The notes beneath the pieces were generated by a model. The model had not been told where the DNA came from and ran no database searches. It saw nothing but the letters and a program-made list of their open reading frames with translations. Shown here piece after piece: positions 9,391 through 23,427 of a stretch of DNA of 64,000 bases. The translations under genes were made by a program, and so were the position numbers. Origin of the DNA: Coprothermobacterota bacterium (GTDB lineage: Bacteria; Coprothermobacterota; Coprothermobacteria; Coprothermobacterales; Coprothermobacteraceae). The DNA is taken from assembly GCA_036679065.1 (NCBI GenBank), contig JAZIGN010000003.1, forward strand, positions 480,001 to 544,000. The letters run 5' to 3'. The first letter of the stretch is position 1. Each line of letters begins with the position of its first letter.

Positions 9391-9749
9391 GTGAAACATG
9401 GGGCATGGTAATTGCTGTCTTTCTTTCAGCAATCGCTGGCGCTGTGGTCTTCTTGTGGGGTGTAAGGAAAGAAAGAGAACTACCAAAAATACTTTCTGAC
9501 CAGCTAGTAGTGAAGGCTTCGGACGTCGTCCTAAAAACGTTGAAGAAACAAAGTGAAGCTACGAAGAAAGACTTAGCAGGCTTACTAGATGGCTTAGTTG
9601 TTGGCCCCTTTTGGAGTAGCCGTAAACTGAAAATCACTGACCCTGAAAAGGTTTTGGATATTGTGCTACCTCTATTGGTGGAGGAGGGCAAAATAGAAGA
9701 AATAAGGCGTAGTGGAAACACTTTTTACCGTTTAAAGAAGAAGAGCTAA
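9387..9749 (+). CDS. Hypothetical protein with N-terminal TM helix and possible winged-helix C-terminus
   Basis: ATGA overlap with the upstream gene; LPLLVEEGKIEEIRRSGNTFYRL resembles a helix-wing. Confidence 0.6.
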   Translation: MSETWGMVIAVFLSAIAGAVVFLWGVRKERELPKILSDQLVVKASDVVLKTLKKQSEATKKDLAGLLDGLVVGPFWSSRKLKITDPEKVLDIVLPLLVEEGKIEEIRRSGNTFYRLKKKS

Positions 9750-9760
9750 GGGGCTTATTA

Positions 9761-9810
9761 TGGTATACTAATGTATAGTATTGACTTGTTTTACCAAAAC
9801 TGGTTATACT
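9761..9810 (+). promoter_or_regulatory. Tandem sigma70-type rRNA promoters
   Basis: TGgTATACT extended -10 at 9761-9769; TTGACT(9781)-N18-TATACT(9805). Confidence 0.7.
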
Positions 9811-10024
9811 TAACAATGCCTGCCTAACGAGATAGGCACGGTGAGGCGCAGCGCGGGAGCGATGCGCTATGGAGCAGGACACCGAAAGGTGAAAAACCGG
9901 GGACAGGAAGAAGAGGAAGAAGCGGTCGGAAACGACAAAGCGTATCCATAAGGATACAGTGAATCAAATAGAGTAGGGATTAGACCTAAAGGGAAAAGTA
10001 TATGAAGTAGATACACATATATAT

Positions 10025-11570
<1,546 letters not shown>

Positions 11571-11756
11571 TTGAAAAAAAGAAACTCCTTTTTCTTCTTC
11601 TTTCTTCCTGATCCCGGTAATGCACGCTAAACAACTGGGGAGAAGGTAGAGAAGGCATACAAATACAAAGGCACAATAAAGTAAGCCGTGTGAGAGCAAT
11701 TGGAAGCCCATTGTAAAAAAGACAAGCGCGTAAGAGGTAGAAGGAAAAAGCAAGTG

Positions 11757-14779
<3,023 letters not shown>

Positions 14780-14927
14780 ACTTATAAGAAGGCCTTGAAT
14801 ACCAAAATAAGCGTTTGTAGTAATAAGCGATGGGTAGAAGAAAAGCGCTTACATGGCAACACATGATTGTGCTTAAGTAGAAAGCCTTTAGAAACCTTCT
14901 CCAACAGTTGTTTAGTGTGTAAAAAGG

Positions 14928-15047
14928 GACTTAGTGCCCACGCCCTGGGGAAACGCCCGGACCCATTCCGAACCCGGAAGCTAAGCTCAGGGAAGCCGAT
15001 GGTACTGGTGTGCGGGAGCTGCCGGGAGAGTAGGTTGGTGCTAAGTC
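14928..15047 (+). rRNA. rrf: 5S ribosomal RNA
   Basis: CCCATTCCGAACCCGGAAGCTAAG, GCCGATGGTACT, GGGAGAGTAGG; closing stem GGGACTTAGTGCC/GGTGCTAAGTCCC. Confidence 0.97.
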
Positions 15048-15149
15048 CCCCTTTTTATTTTGTGGTAACTGCGCCTTTTTACCTTACTTAAGTTCTATTG
15101 CTATAAAGAGATAAAGCCCACAAGTTCTCAGAATGCTTGCGTGCCGCTT

Positions 15150-15869
15150 TTAATTGGGTAGTTTTACAAAGCCTTTTAAAGCGTACCTAACAACACTTTT
15201 CGCTAGCGCCTCAGTGGAGTCTACCACCGGAATGGGAGGCACCAAGTAGTCTAGAACTAAAGGCAGTTCAGTACATGCCATTATAAGCACGTCAGCTTTT
15301 TGATCTTTGTACCACTGCAGAAGTTCTTCTGCTTTGTCAATAACCTCTTTTATACATCCCTGCTTTATGGAATAAATCACCTTCATGAGCTCTTCTTGTA
15401 ACTCATTTGTGGGCAGAATTAGCTTGTACCCTCTCTGCATGAGTGGTTCATCGTACAGATGCGATGAAAAAACACCCATGGTACCAGCTAAACCTATCGA
15501 TTTAGCTTGCGAAAATGTCCCCTTTAGTTCATTCAATACACTGTCTACAATGCTTATGAAGTCTACATGAATGTGAGCTTTGATGTCGCTTTCAAAAATG
15601 TGAGCAGTGTTGCAAGCCATACAAATAGCATTTACTCCTGCTGATTCCAAAAGGCGTGCTGACTCTAAAATAAAAGGCAAGGGGTTTTCTCCCTTGCCAA
15701 GAATGTAGTCAGTTCTGTCTGGTATGGACGTATTATTATCAATGATTAGGTGTAGGTGATCTTGGTCTTTGTTAGCAGGCGTATTCCGCAAAATCTTTCT
15801 AAATAAATCCAAGGTCGCTTCTGGGCCCATACCACCAATGATGCCGATTTTAACTTTGTCTTGAGCCAT
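15150..15869 (-). CDS. Aspartate/glutamate racemase family protein
   Basis: IGIIGGMGPEAT, DQDH, IPDRT, catalytic ACNTAH and ACTELP. Confidence 0.92.
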   Translation of the reverse strand: MAQDKVKIGIIGGMGPEATLDLFRKILRNTPANKDQDHLHLIIDNNTSIPDRTDYILGKGENPLPFILESARLLESAGVNAICMACNTAHIFESDIKAHIHVDFISIVDSVLNELKGTFSQAKSIGLAGTMGVFSSHLYDEPLMQRGYKLILPTNELQEELMKVIYSIKQGCIKEVIDKAEELLQWYKDQKADVLIMACTELPLVLDYLVPPIPVVDSTEALAKSVVRYALKGFVKLPN

Positions 15870-15877
15870 ACCTTAGC

Positions 15878-16060
15878 CTATTTTTCTTCCTGTGGCATGT
15901 GTCCCATGGGTCCTTCTTTTAGGTACTTTTCTGGGTCAGCTTTAAAAGCATTCAAGCACGACTCGGAACAGAAGTAGTATGTGGTTCCTTTGTACTCATA
16001 GGTGCCTTTTGCAGTTTCCTCTTTGACTACCATACCGCAAACGGGGTCGATGTGCTTCAT
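15878..16060 (-). CDS. YHS-domain protein
   Basis: DPVCGM..YKGTTYYFCSESCLNAFKADPEKY; AAGGAGGT SD before ATG 16060. Confidence 0.9.
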   Translation of the reverse strand: MKHIDPVCGMVVKEETAKGTYEYKGTTYYFCSESCLNAFKADPEKYLKEGPMGHMPQEEK

Positions 16061-16084
16061 AAGAATTGTGTACACCTCCTTTCT

Positions 16085-18265
16085 CTAAAGTTTAATACGA
16101 TTTAGTCTGAGCGAGTTGGTCACCACATTTACTGAACTGAAGGCCATGGCAATTTCAGCTATTACTGGATGGATAGCTCCCATCATTGCCAAGGGCAAAG
16201 CAAGGAGATTGTAAAAGAACGCCCAGAACAGATTTTGTGAGATCTTTTTCGCTGTGGCCTTGGCTATTTTCACAGTCTTTACAATGGTTCCTATGTCGGT
16301 CTTGTAAATAACTACATCACCAGATTCAATAGCTACGTCGGTTCCGCTCCCCATGGCAATGCCTACATCGGCAAGTCTCAAAGCGGGCGCGTCGTTTATG
16401 CCGTCTCCTACCATAGCTATGATGCTTTCGGGCTGTTCTGCCTTTAGACGTTTTATGAAGTCTAGTTTGTCCTCTGGTAGTGCGTTCGCTTTGAACGTTT
16501 TTATACCAACTGCAGTAGCTACGGCTTTCACAACCTCTTCTCTATCTCCGCTCAAAAGTACAGGTTCGATACCCATCGCTTTTAGTTCTTCTATGGCCAT
16601 GGCAGCATCTTCCCTCACAGGATCATAAAGTGCACAAACGGCTAATAAAACTTGATCAGTTTCATCGTAAAGTGCCACCGTGCTATCTGTTGGGTCTATG
16701 AACTGCTGAACGTCTTGTCTTCTTTTAGGCTTACCTAATGAATAGGTTTTGCCACTGAACGTTGCTAGAACACCCAATCCTGGAGTCTCTTTAACATTCT
16801 CTAGCTGTAGAGCTGAGTCCATCTTCTTGTTCTCTTCGAAGTAAGCAACTATGGCTCTGGATAGTGGGTGTTGTGACTGCTTTGCCATACTGTACATAAG
16901 TTGCTCCGCGTTTTCTTCAAACGCTACTATTCTTCTCACTGTGGGTTTACCGGTTGTTAACGTACCGGTTTTGTCGAAAACAACAGTGTTCACAGATGCC
17001 AGTCGCTGGAAAGCTGATCCGTCTTTGAAGTAAGCACCGTGCTTAGCTGCTAAGCCAGAAGCAACTATGACAGCTGTGGGCGTAGCTAAACCCAAGGCGC
17101 ATGGACAGGCGATCACTAGAGTGGCTATTGAGGCGAAAGCTGCCAAGGAGAATCCAGTAAGTCCTTTGGGGACCCAAGGTAAGATTGAGGAAAGGTAATT
17201 ATTAACGTTAGCAGCAAGCCCTGGGAAGGCAAGCCAGAATATAAAGGTGAAAACCGCTAAGGAAATCACAGCAGGCACAAAAATCGCTATAACCTTATCC
17301 AGGTTATCTTGTATGGGCATGCGAGCAGCCTGCGCTTGCTGTACTAGATCTATTAGGTGGCTAAGAAATGTGTCCTCTCCAACTCTTGTTGCTTTTACCT
17401 TTATGGGGCTCCCCAGGTTTATACTTCCCCCTATGACACTATCACCTATGTTTTTTTGCACTGGCATGGATTCGCCACTAATCATAGATTCATCAACGTA
17501 GCATTCGCCCTCCAAAAGAATGCCATCAGTGGGTATGCGTTCGCCAGGCCTTACTACCATAATGTCTCCTGGGTCTAGTTGTTGAACAGGTATCTCTACT
17601 TCTATACCGTCCACGATAATGCGTGCAGTTTGTGGCCTAAGATCCAATAACGCCCTTATGGATTTTGCAGCACGTTTCTTTGCTGAGCTTTCTAAGTATT
17701 TGCCCAGCAAATTAAAGAACAATATCATTGCTCCCACAGACGCAAAGCTGTATACCGATGGATAGACTAAACTTATAGCTCCCGATAGCACTGCCATGAC
17801 AATGCCAGAAGCTACCAGAACATCCATGGTCCATTGTCCATGGAACAGAGCTTTGAAGGCTCTTGATACGGTCTCCTGACCAGCTGTAGCCACAGCCAAA
17901 GCAGAAAGAATAAGCTGAAGTAGTTCCATGTTTGGGAACATGATGCCACTCATATGCATGACCATGAGAATGGTCACGGGAACCATGAATAACGTTGAGG
18001 CAATGAATTGCTCTTTTATACGCTGCAACTCCTCGTTGGTTTTTGCCTGCTCAATATCTAGTGCGTAACCAACCTTTGACACGTTTTTGGCAATCTCAAC
18101 TAAGTCCACCTTTTCTTCTTCGTATTCGATAAAGGCTTGATCAGTGGCTAAATTCACCTCTACACTGACAACACCTGGTGTATGTGCAATGGCTGTCTTG
18201 ACTGTATTAACGCAGGAAGCGCAAGACATTCCTCTTACTTCTACTACCGCTTTCTTTTTTGCCAT
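16085..18265 (-). CDS. copA: Copper-translocating P1B-type ATPase
   Basis: GMSCASC HMA domain, CPCALGLATP, DKTGTLT, HP, GDGINDAPAL, YN and MAFSS; start likely ATG 18265. Confidence 0.95.
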   Translation of the reverse strand: MAKKKAVVEVRGMSCASCVNTVKTAIAHTPGVVSVEVNLATDQAFIEYEEEKVDLVEIAKNVSKVGYALDIEQAKTNEELQRIKEQFIASTLFMVPVTILMVMHMSGIMFPNMELLQLILSALAVATAGQETVSRAFKALFHGQWTMDVLVASGIVMAVLSGAISLVYPSVYSFASVGAMILFFNLLGKYLESSAKKRAAKSIRALLDLRPQTARIIVDGIEVEIPVQQLDPGDIMVVRPGERIPTDGILLEGECYVDESMISGESMPVQKNIGDSVIGGSINLGSPIKVKATRVGEDTFLSHLIDLVQQAQAARMPIQDNLDKVIAIFVPAVISLAVFTFIFWLAFPGLAANVNNYLSSILPWVPKGLTGFSLAAFASIATLVIACPCALGLATPTAVIVASGLAAKHGAYFKDGSAFQRLASVNTVVFDKTGTLTTGKPTVRRIVAFEENAEQLMYSMAKQSQHPLSRAIVAYFEENKKMDSALQLENVKETPGLGVLATFSGKTYSLGKPKRRQDVQQFIDPTDSTVALYDETDQVLLAVCALYDPVREDAAMAIEELKAMGIEPVLLSGDREEVVKAVATAVGIKTFKANALPEDKLDFIKRLKAEQPESIIAMVGDGINDAPALRLADVGIAMGSGTDVAIESGDVVIYKTDIGTIVKTVKIAKATAKKISQNLFWAFFYNLLALPLAMMGAIHPVIAEIAMAFSSVNVVTNSLRLNRIKL

Positions 18266-18423
18266 ATTTTTCACCATCCAAAACAACGTTCTCACTTACA
18301 GTATAACCAGAATCAAGTATGAATAAACGGAATACACTTTTTGCTAGTTAAATGCATAGTTGGCTCCATGAATTCACATGTTAAAAATGCGAGTACAATA
18401 TATAAAAAGGAAGTGATAGCTCG

Positions 18424-19179
18424 ATGCGACTCCTAAGATTAAAAGGGCTGAGCAATGTTTGTTTTTCCTGGGAAGAAGGAGAAGCAGCTGTATCCGGTTT
18501 AAATGGTGTGAACTGGAAGAGGTTCAGCTATGAAGATCTGGATGCGCCAATAATCCCAAGTAAAGCCGTTTGTGTGGGGCTGAATTACAGAAGCCACATA
18601 GAAGAAATGGGTGAAAAGCTCCCTGAAGAGCCTACATTGTTCTTAAAACCGCGTACGGCCGTGATAGGGCCAAATGACAGTATCTTACTGCCCCCTCAAT
18701 CAAAACGTGTAGATTATGAAGGGGAGCTCGCAGTAGTCATCAAAGATCGTACGTATTGGGTAAGCGAAGAGGAAGCGCATAAACATGTGCTAGGTTACAC
18801 CATTGCCAATGATGTTACTGCACGAGATCTTCAGAGCAAGGATGGTCAGTGGACTAGAGCCAAATCATTTGATACGTTTTTGCCTTTGGGGCCCTGGATT
18901 GAAACTGATGTGGACCCAATGAATCTTCGCCTCAGGACGCTAGTAAATGGGCAAGTACGTCAAGAGGGAAACACAGCTGACTTAATTTTCGATGTATTCT
19001 ATCTTGTCAGTTTCGTTTCAAAGATAATGACCCTGGAAGCTGGCGATATCATACTCACTGGAACACCTTCGGGAGTAGGTCCTTTAAGTGCAGGAGACGA
19101 AGTGGTGGTAGAAATAGAAGGCATTGGAAGACTGGTTAATGGGGTTAAACCCATGGAGATAGTAGGCAATGACAGATAA
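18424..19179 (+). CDS. Fumarylacetoacetate hydrolase family protein
   Basis: [47 protein letters not shown]. Confidence 0.93.
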   Translation: MRLLRLKGLSNVCFSWEEGEAAVSGLNGVNWKRFSYEDLDAPIIPSKAVCVGLNYRSHIEEMGEKLPEEPTLFLKPRTAVIGPNDSILLPPQSKRVDYEGELAVVIKDRTYWVSEEEAHKHVLGYTIANDVTARDLQSKDGQWTRAKSFDTFLPLGPWIETDVDPMNLRLRTLVNGQVRQEGNTADLIFDVFYLVSFVSKIMTLEAGDIILTGTPSGVGPLSAGDEVVVEIEGIGRLVNGVKPMEIVGNDR

Positions 19180-20548
19180 TAGGTTTCAGGATTCACTTTT
19201 CAAGCCTAGTAGCAAATGGATTCCCTTAGCAGAGAGAATGCGTCCACGTACCCTAGACGAAATAGTGGGGCAGGATAAAGCTTTTGGAAAGGGAACGCTG
19301 CTTCGCAAATTAATCGAAGAAGATAAGCTCACCTCTTTGGTATTATGGGGCCCGCCTGGAGTTGGGAAAACCTCTATTGCCATGGTGATAGCCAATACAA
19401 CGAAAGCACGCTTTTTACGGTTTAGCGCTGTTACCTCAGGCATTAAAGAGATAAAGGAAGTACTGGAAGATGCTGAAGTTCAGTTTAACATGGGACGAAG
19501 AACTGTAATATTCGTGGATGAAATACATCATTTCAACAAAACGCAGCAGGATGCATTCCTCCCTTATGTGGAGAAGGGAGCTGTAGTTCTCATTTGTGCC
19601 ACTACGGAGAATCCCTCTTTTGAAATCATAAGTCCTCTATTGTCCAGGTCGAAGGTGGTAGTGCTTGAGCCCTTGGAGGCAGAGGATATCAAGACCATAC
19701 TTTACAGAGCGCTAGCTGATAAAGAGCGGGGGCTTGGCAATGAGCGTGTGGTCATAACAGATGAGCAGCTGATGCGTATTGCTGTTTATTCCGATGGTGA
19801 TGCGCGTATTGCCTTGAATACATTGGAGATGGCTGTATTTGGCACTGATCCCAACAGCGAAGGGATTAGGGTGATTAGTGACGAGGTCATCAGCGAGGCC
19901 CTTCAGAAGAAGACTTTGCTTTACGACAAGGCAGGGGAAGAGCATTACAATCTCATCTCGGCGCTTCACAAATCCATGCGCAATAGCGATCCTGATGCTG
20001 CACTGTATTGGCTTGCTCGGATGCTGGAAGCTGGAGAAGATCCTTTGTATGTTGCACGCCGTATTGTCCGTTTTGCTTCTGAAGATGTTGGCATGGCCGA
20101 CCCCCAAGCACTCATGCAAGCGGTGGCTGCTTTTGATGCAGCGAATTACATTGGAATGCCAGAATGCACAGCCAACCTGGCTCAAGCAGTTGTCTATCTT
20201 TCGTTAGCCCCGAAGTCCAATAGCCTGTATGTGGGCTATGAAAAGGCAAAACAAGATGCTCTGGAAACCATGGCGGAACCAGTTCCATTGCATCTTAGAA
20301 ACGCCCCTACTAGGCTCATGAAAGAGGTTGGATACGGAAAGGATTACAAGTACAGTCACGACTATGAAGAACACATTGCAGATATGGAATGCCTCCCTCC
20401 CAACTTGCTGGGAAAGCGCTACTACTTGCCTTCTGATCAGGGATTGGAGAGCAAATACGGGCAACGTCTTGAGCATCTCATGGGAGTGAAGAAGAAGCGC
20501 AGGGAAAATAAATCAAAGAACAACAAAGACGAGAACATCGAGAAATAA
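19169..20548 (+). CDS. rarA: Replication-associated recombination protein A (MgsA/RarA AAA+ ATPase)
   Basis: [60 protein letters not shown]. Confidence 0.96.
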   Translation: MTDNRFQDSLFKPSSKWIPLAERMRPRTLDEIVGQDKAFGKGTLLRKLIEEDKLTSLVLWGPPGVGKTSIAMVIANTTKARFLRFSAVTSGIKEIKEVLEDAEVQFNMGRRTVIFVDEIHHFNKTQQDAFLPYVEKGAVVLICATTENPSFEIISPLLSRSKVVVLEPLEAEDIKTILYRALADKERGLGNERVVITDEQLMRIAVYSDGDARIALNTLEMAVFGTDPNSEGIRVISDEVISEALQKKTLLYDKAGEEHYNLISALHKSMRNSDPDAALYWLARMLEAGEDPLYVARRIVRFASEDVGMADPQALMQAVAAFDAANYIGMPECTANLAQAVVYLSLAPKSNSLYVGYEKAKQDALETMAEPVPLHLRNAPTRLMKEVGYGKDYKYSHDYEEHIADMECLPPNLLGKRYYLPSDQGLESKYGQRLEHLMGVKKKRRENKSKNNKDENIEK

Positions 20549-20550
20549 AA

Positions 20551-20588
20551 GGGAGGAACCAGAAACGCAAGTACTTTGGTTCCTCCTC
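20551..20588. terminator. Hairpin between convergent rarA and pepT
   Basis: GGAGGAACCAGA / TTTGGTTCCTCC inverted repeat. Confidence 0.6.
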
Positions 20589-20619
20589 ACCGGGTCATGT
20601 TGATTAGTTAATTAATGTT

Positions 20620-21852
20620 TTAGTTACCTTGTGCAGCTAGTTTAACAATGTTAACTATGACTTCCACTGCTTTTTCCATGGATTCCACAACTATGTATTC
20701 ATAGGGACCGTGGTAGTTGTGGCCTCCGGTGAACAAATTTGGTGTGGGTAGTCCCATGAAGGTTAAGCGTGAGCCATCGGTTCCGCCTCGCACGGGCCTA
20801 ATAATTGGATCGATACCGGCATCTTTCATTGCTTTTTTCGCAAGCTCGATAATTTCTGGTTTGTCCTTTAGAACTTCATACAGGTTGTAGTATTGGTCTT
20901 TCACGTCTATTTCAAAGGTACCATCACCATATTTCTTATTCATCCATTGGGCAGCGTTTACCATATATGTCTTTCTTTCCTCGAAACGGTCCCTATGGTG
21001 ATCGCGTATGATCCATGTTAGATCTGCGCGGTCAACACTGCCTTCAATGTGGTAAACATGATAGAAACCCTCATACCCTTCTGTGTGGGCAGGTGCTTCA
21101 GCAGGGGGCATTTGATTTATGTAATCCATTGCCATGAGAATGGCGTTTTTCATTTTGTTCTTTGCCTCGCCAGGATGAATGCTCTTACCGTGCACAATCA
21201 CTTTAGCTTGAGCTGCGTTGAACGTTTCGTAGCTCAATTCTCCATATTCCCCACCGTCTAGGGTAAAAGCAAAATCAGCGCCAAATTTTTTCACGTCGAA
21301 ATAGTCTACGCCTCGGCCTACTTCTTCGTCAGGTGTAAATCCTACCTTTATGGTGCCATGTTCTATTTCGGGATGCTCAAGTAGGTACTCCACTGCAGTC
21401 ACTATTTCTGCTATACCTGCTTTATCGTCTGCACCAAGTAGCGTCGTTCCATCGGTGGTTATCAGTGTTTTACCAGCATAGTTCTTTAGATGCGGGAATT
21501 CTTCAGGAGATAGGACACGCCCTGCGCCTAGTTCGATGGTCGACTGCCCATCGTAGTTCTCAATAATCCTTGGCTTAACATTAGCACCGGGGAATTCAGG
21601 ACTGGTATCCATGTGAGCTAGAAAACCAATTACGGGGACATCTTTTCCTTGCACATTACCTGGCAGTGTCGCAGTGACATAGCCGTATTGGTCTACGGCT
21701 GCGTCTGCAAGTCCCAATGACTTTAGTTCCTCTACTAAGTAGTTCGCTAGTTCCAGCTGTTTTGCCGTACTGGGGTAAGTGCTGCTGTTCTCGTCTGACT
21801 GGGTATCGAATGATACATACTTAAGAAAACGCTTCACCAGTTTGTCGCGCAT
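20620..21852 (-). CDS. pepT: Peptidase T (M20 tripeptidase)
   Basis: AHMDTSP, LLGADDKAG, FTPDEEVGRG, RGGTDGSRL, GGHNYHG. Confidence 0.97.
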   Translation of the reverse strand: MRDKLVKRFLKYVSFDTQSDENSSTYPSTAKQLELANYLVEELKSLGLADAAVDQYGYVTATLPGNVQGKDVPVIGFLAHMDTSPEFPGANVKPRIIENYDGQSTIELGAGRVLSPEEFPHLKNYAGKTLITTDGTTLLGADDKAGIAEIVTAVEYLLEHPEIEHGTIKVGFTPDEEVGRGVDYFDVKKFGADFAFTLDGGEYGELSYETFNAAQAKVIVHGKSIHPGEAKNKMKNAILMAMDYINQMPPAEAPAHTEGYEGFYHVYHIEGSVDRADLTWIIRDHHRDRFEERKTYMVNAAQWMNKKYGDGTFEIDVKDQYYNLYEVLKDKPEIIELAKKAMKDAGIDPIIRPVRGGTDGSRLTFMGLPTPNLFTGGHNYHGPYEYIVVESMEKAVEVIVNIVKLAAQGN

Positions 21853-21890
21853 TGTATCAGCTCCTTTTGGCTTCCTTGGCTGTTATTGTA

Positions 21891-22832
21891 TCAACTCTGT
21901 ATTACTTTTTGTATTGTTTCGTCTTCAAAACCTAATAGTCGCATCATCTCCGCGACTTGCTCAGGTGTGGCCTTTTTACTCTTTATTAGATCGACGAACA
22001 AGTCAACGTCTTCGGGGGTTTGTTGCTCTTCTCTGGCAGCTTGCAGCGTAGCAGAGCCGCTCACTGTATTGATTCTAACCGTCGCTACAGGTTTTGGAGC
22101 CGTATCCACTGAGCCTTTTACCCCTTTTAGCAATCGCTGGCCCACTTTTATGGTACCTGACAATGTGCTGAATTCAATTCTGCTTGGAGGTAGAACTGCC
22201 ATGTTTATCACAAGATCGCCTGAAACTGATTTGAACTGGATCGAACGAAAAGTATCGGTAAGCTCTCGTATGACTATGTCACCAGACACAGTTTCCATGC
22301 GCGCTTCTCTGAAGCTAATGTCCTGAGCCAATAGATCCCCACTTACCAAGGACACCCTTAGCTGGTTTTTTGCCTTTACATTCCTTAGTCTAATGTCACC
22401 TGAAGTAGTTTTTATATCGATTTCTTGGCATTCCACATCGGACATGTTTGCATCACCGCTTATGGCTTTTAGTGTTAGCCTGTCTTGGCAATTAGGTGCT
22501 GATAAGTTTACATCTCCGGACACGGTGGAAATGGAAAACTCTTTTGTGGAAGGTAGTGTAATGGTCGCTTTATCCACCCGAAGCGACTTAGATCGCCCAA
22601 AGGACACGAGCGCCATGTGGTTTGCCTCGTACTCTAGAGTAATTTCAAGTTCATCGTCAGTGCGTCTTACCTTGGGCTCGTAAACTTGTATTTTTTCAGC
22701 TTCGCCCTCAAGTTCCACTTCTAAAACTACTTGCGAGTTCTTACCGCTTTTAATTTCAAGATCAGCAGAGACCGCTAATATTTTTAGCTTCTTTTCTGAA
22801 AAGGGTATGGTAAACAGCTTAGTTGTTTTCAT
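21891..22832 (-). CDS. DUF4097 beta-strand repeat protein
   Basis: Repeated (T/S)VSGD motifs at roughly 19-20 aa spacing. Confidence 0.85.
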   Translation of the reverse strand: MKTTKLFTIPFSEKKLKILAVSADLEIKSGKNSQVVLEVELEGEAEKIQVYEPKVRRTDDELEITLEYEANHMALVSFGRSKSLRVDKATITLPSTKEFSISTVSGDVNLSAPNCQDRLTLKAISGDANMSDVECQEIDIKTTSGDIRLRNVKAKNQLRVSLVSGDLLAQDISFREARMETVSGDIVIRELTDTFRSIQFKSVSGDLVINMAVLPPSRIEFSTLSGTIKVGQRLLKGVKGSVDTAPKPVATVRINTVSGSATLQAAREEQQTPEDVDLFVDLIKSKKATPEQVAEMMRLLGFEDETIQKVIQS

Positions 22833-23190
22833 GTCCCTTTAACTCCTTTAGTACACGAAGTGCAGTTTCTGCATCCAGTGAACCTTCTCTTAGTTGTTCA
22901 AGTATGTCCCACTCTGTGATCTCTTCTTGTACGTCGTATCCTAAGGTTTTTAGTATGCTCTCCAACCGGTTTCTCACTGTCGGATAAGACAGTCCCAATT
23001 CCTTCTGCACTTCAGATAAATTGCCTCGTTTCTTTAAGAATAGTTTTACAAAGTCCAACTGTTCAGGCGTTAGCTTAAACAGTTCATCCATGGGGAAATC
23101 CCCCGTTATGGCTGTTCCGCAGTCAGGGCATTTTAGTCCAGTTATATGAAGTTGAGAACCGCAATTTGGGCACACTGTAATCATTTTCAT
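22819..23190 (-). CDS. DUF2089-family zinc-ribbon/HTH protein
   Basis: CPNCG..CPDCGT..G.F, GNLSEVQKELGLSYPTVRNRL; AAGGAGG SD before ATG 23190. Confidence 0.88.
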   Translation of the reverse strand: MKMITVCPNCGSQLHITGLKCPDCGTAITGDFPMDELFKLTPEQLDFVKLFLKKRGNLSEVQKELGLSYPTVRNRLESILKTLGYDVQEEITEWDILEQLREGSLDAETALRVLKELKGHENN

Positions 23191-23350
23191 CGCCTCCTTT
23201 AATAATATTAACACATATGTTAGAAAAGTCAATATGTTACTTTCAAATATAGAAAGATTGCTCCGGTAAGTTTTGCGCACACCGGGGTCAAGAGGATGGG
23301 AAATGTTAAGGCTCTCTTTTCAATGTTATGTGCATATTAAAGTGCATATG

Positions 23351-23379
23351 TTGAATTACGATAGTTTTCTACCTATAAT
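23351..23379 (+). promoter_or_regulatory. Sigma70-type promoter for the NhaC-family gene
   Basis: TTGAAT-N17-TATAAT. Confidence 0.7.
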
Positions 23380-23427
23380 GACCAGAATCATCTGTTTTGT
23401 TTAATTGATCACGGGAGGTGTTGTAAA

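Noticed and set aside
18296..18423. CsoR operator upstream of copA
   Set aside because: No C/G-tract inverted repeat recognisable
23280..23427. Lysine riboswitch, T-box or ArgR box upstream of the NhaC-family gene
   Set aside because: The promoter is only about 45 nt from the start codon, leaving no room for an aptamer; TGCATATTAAAGTGCAT does not fit ARG-box spacing
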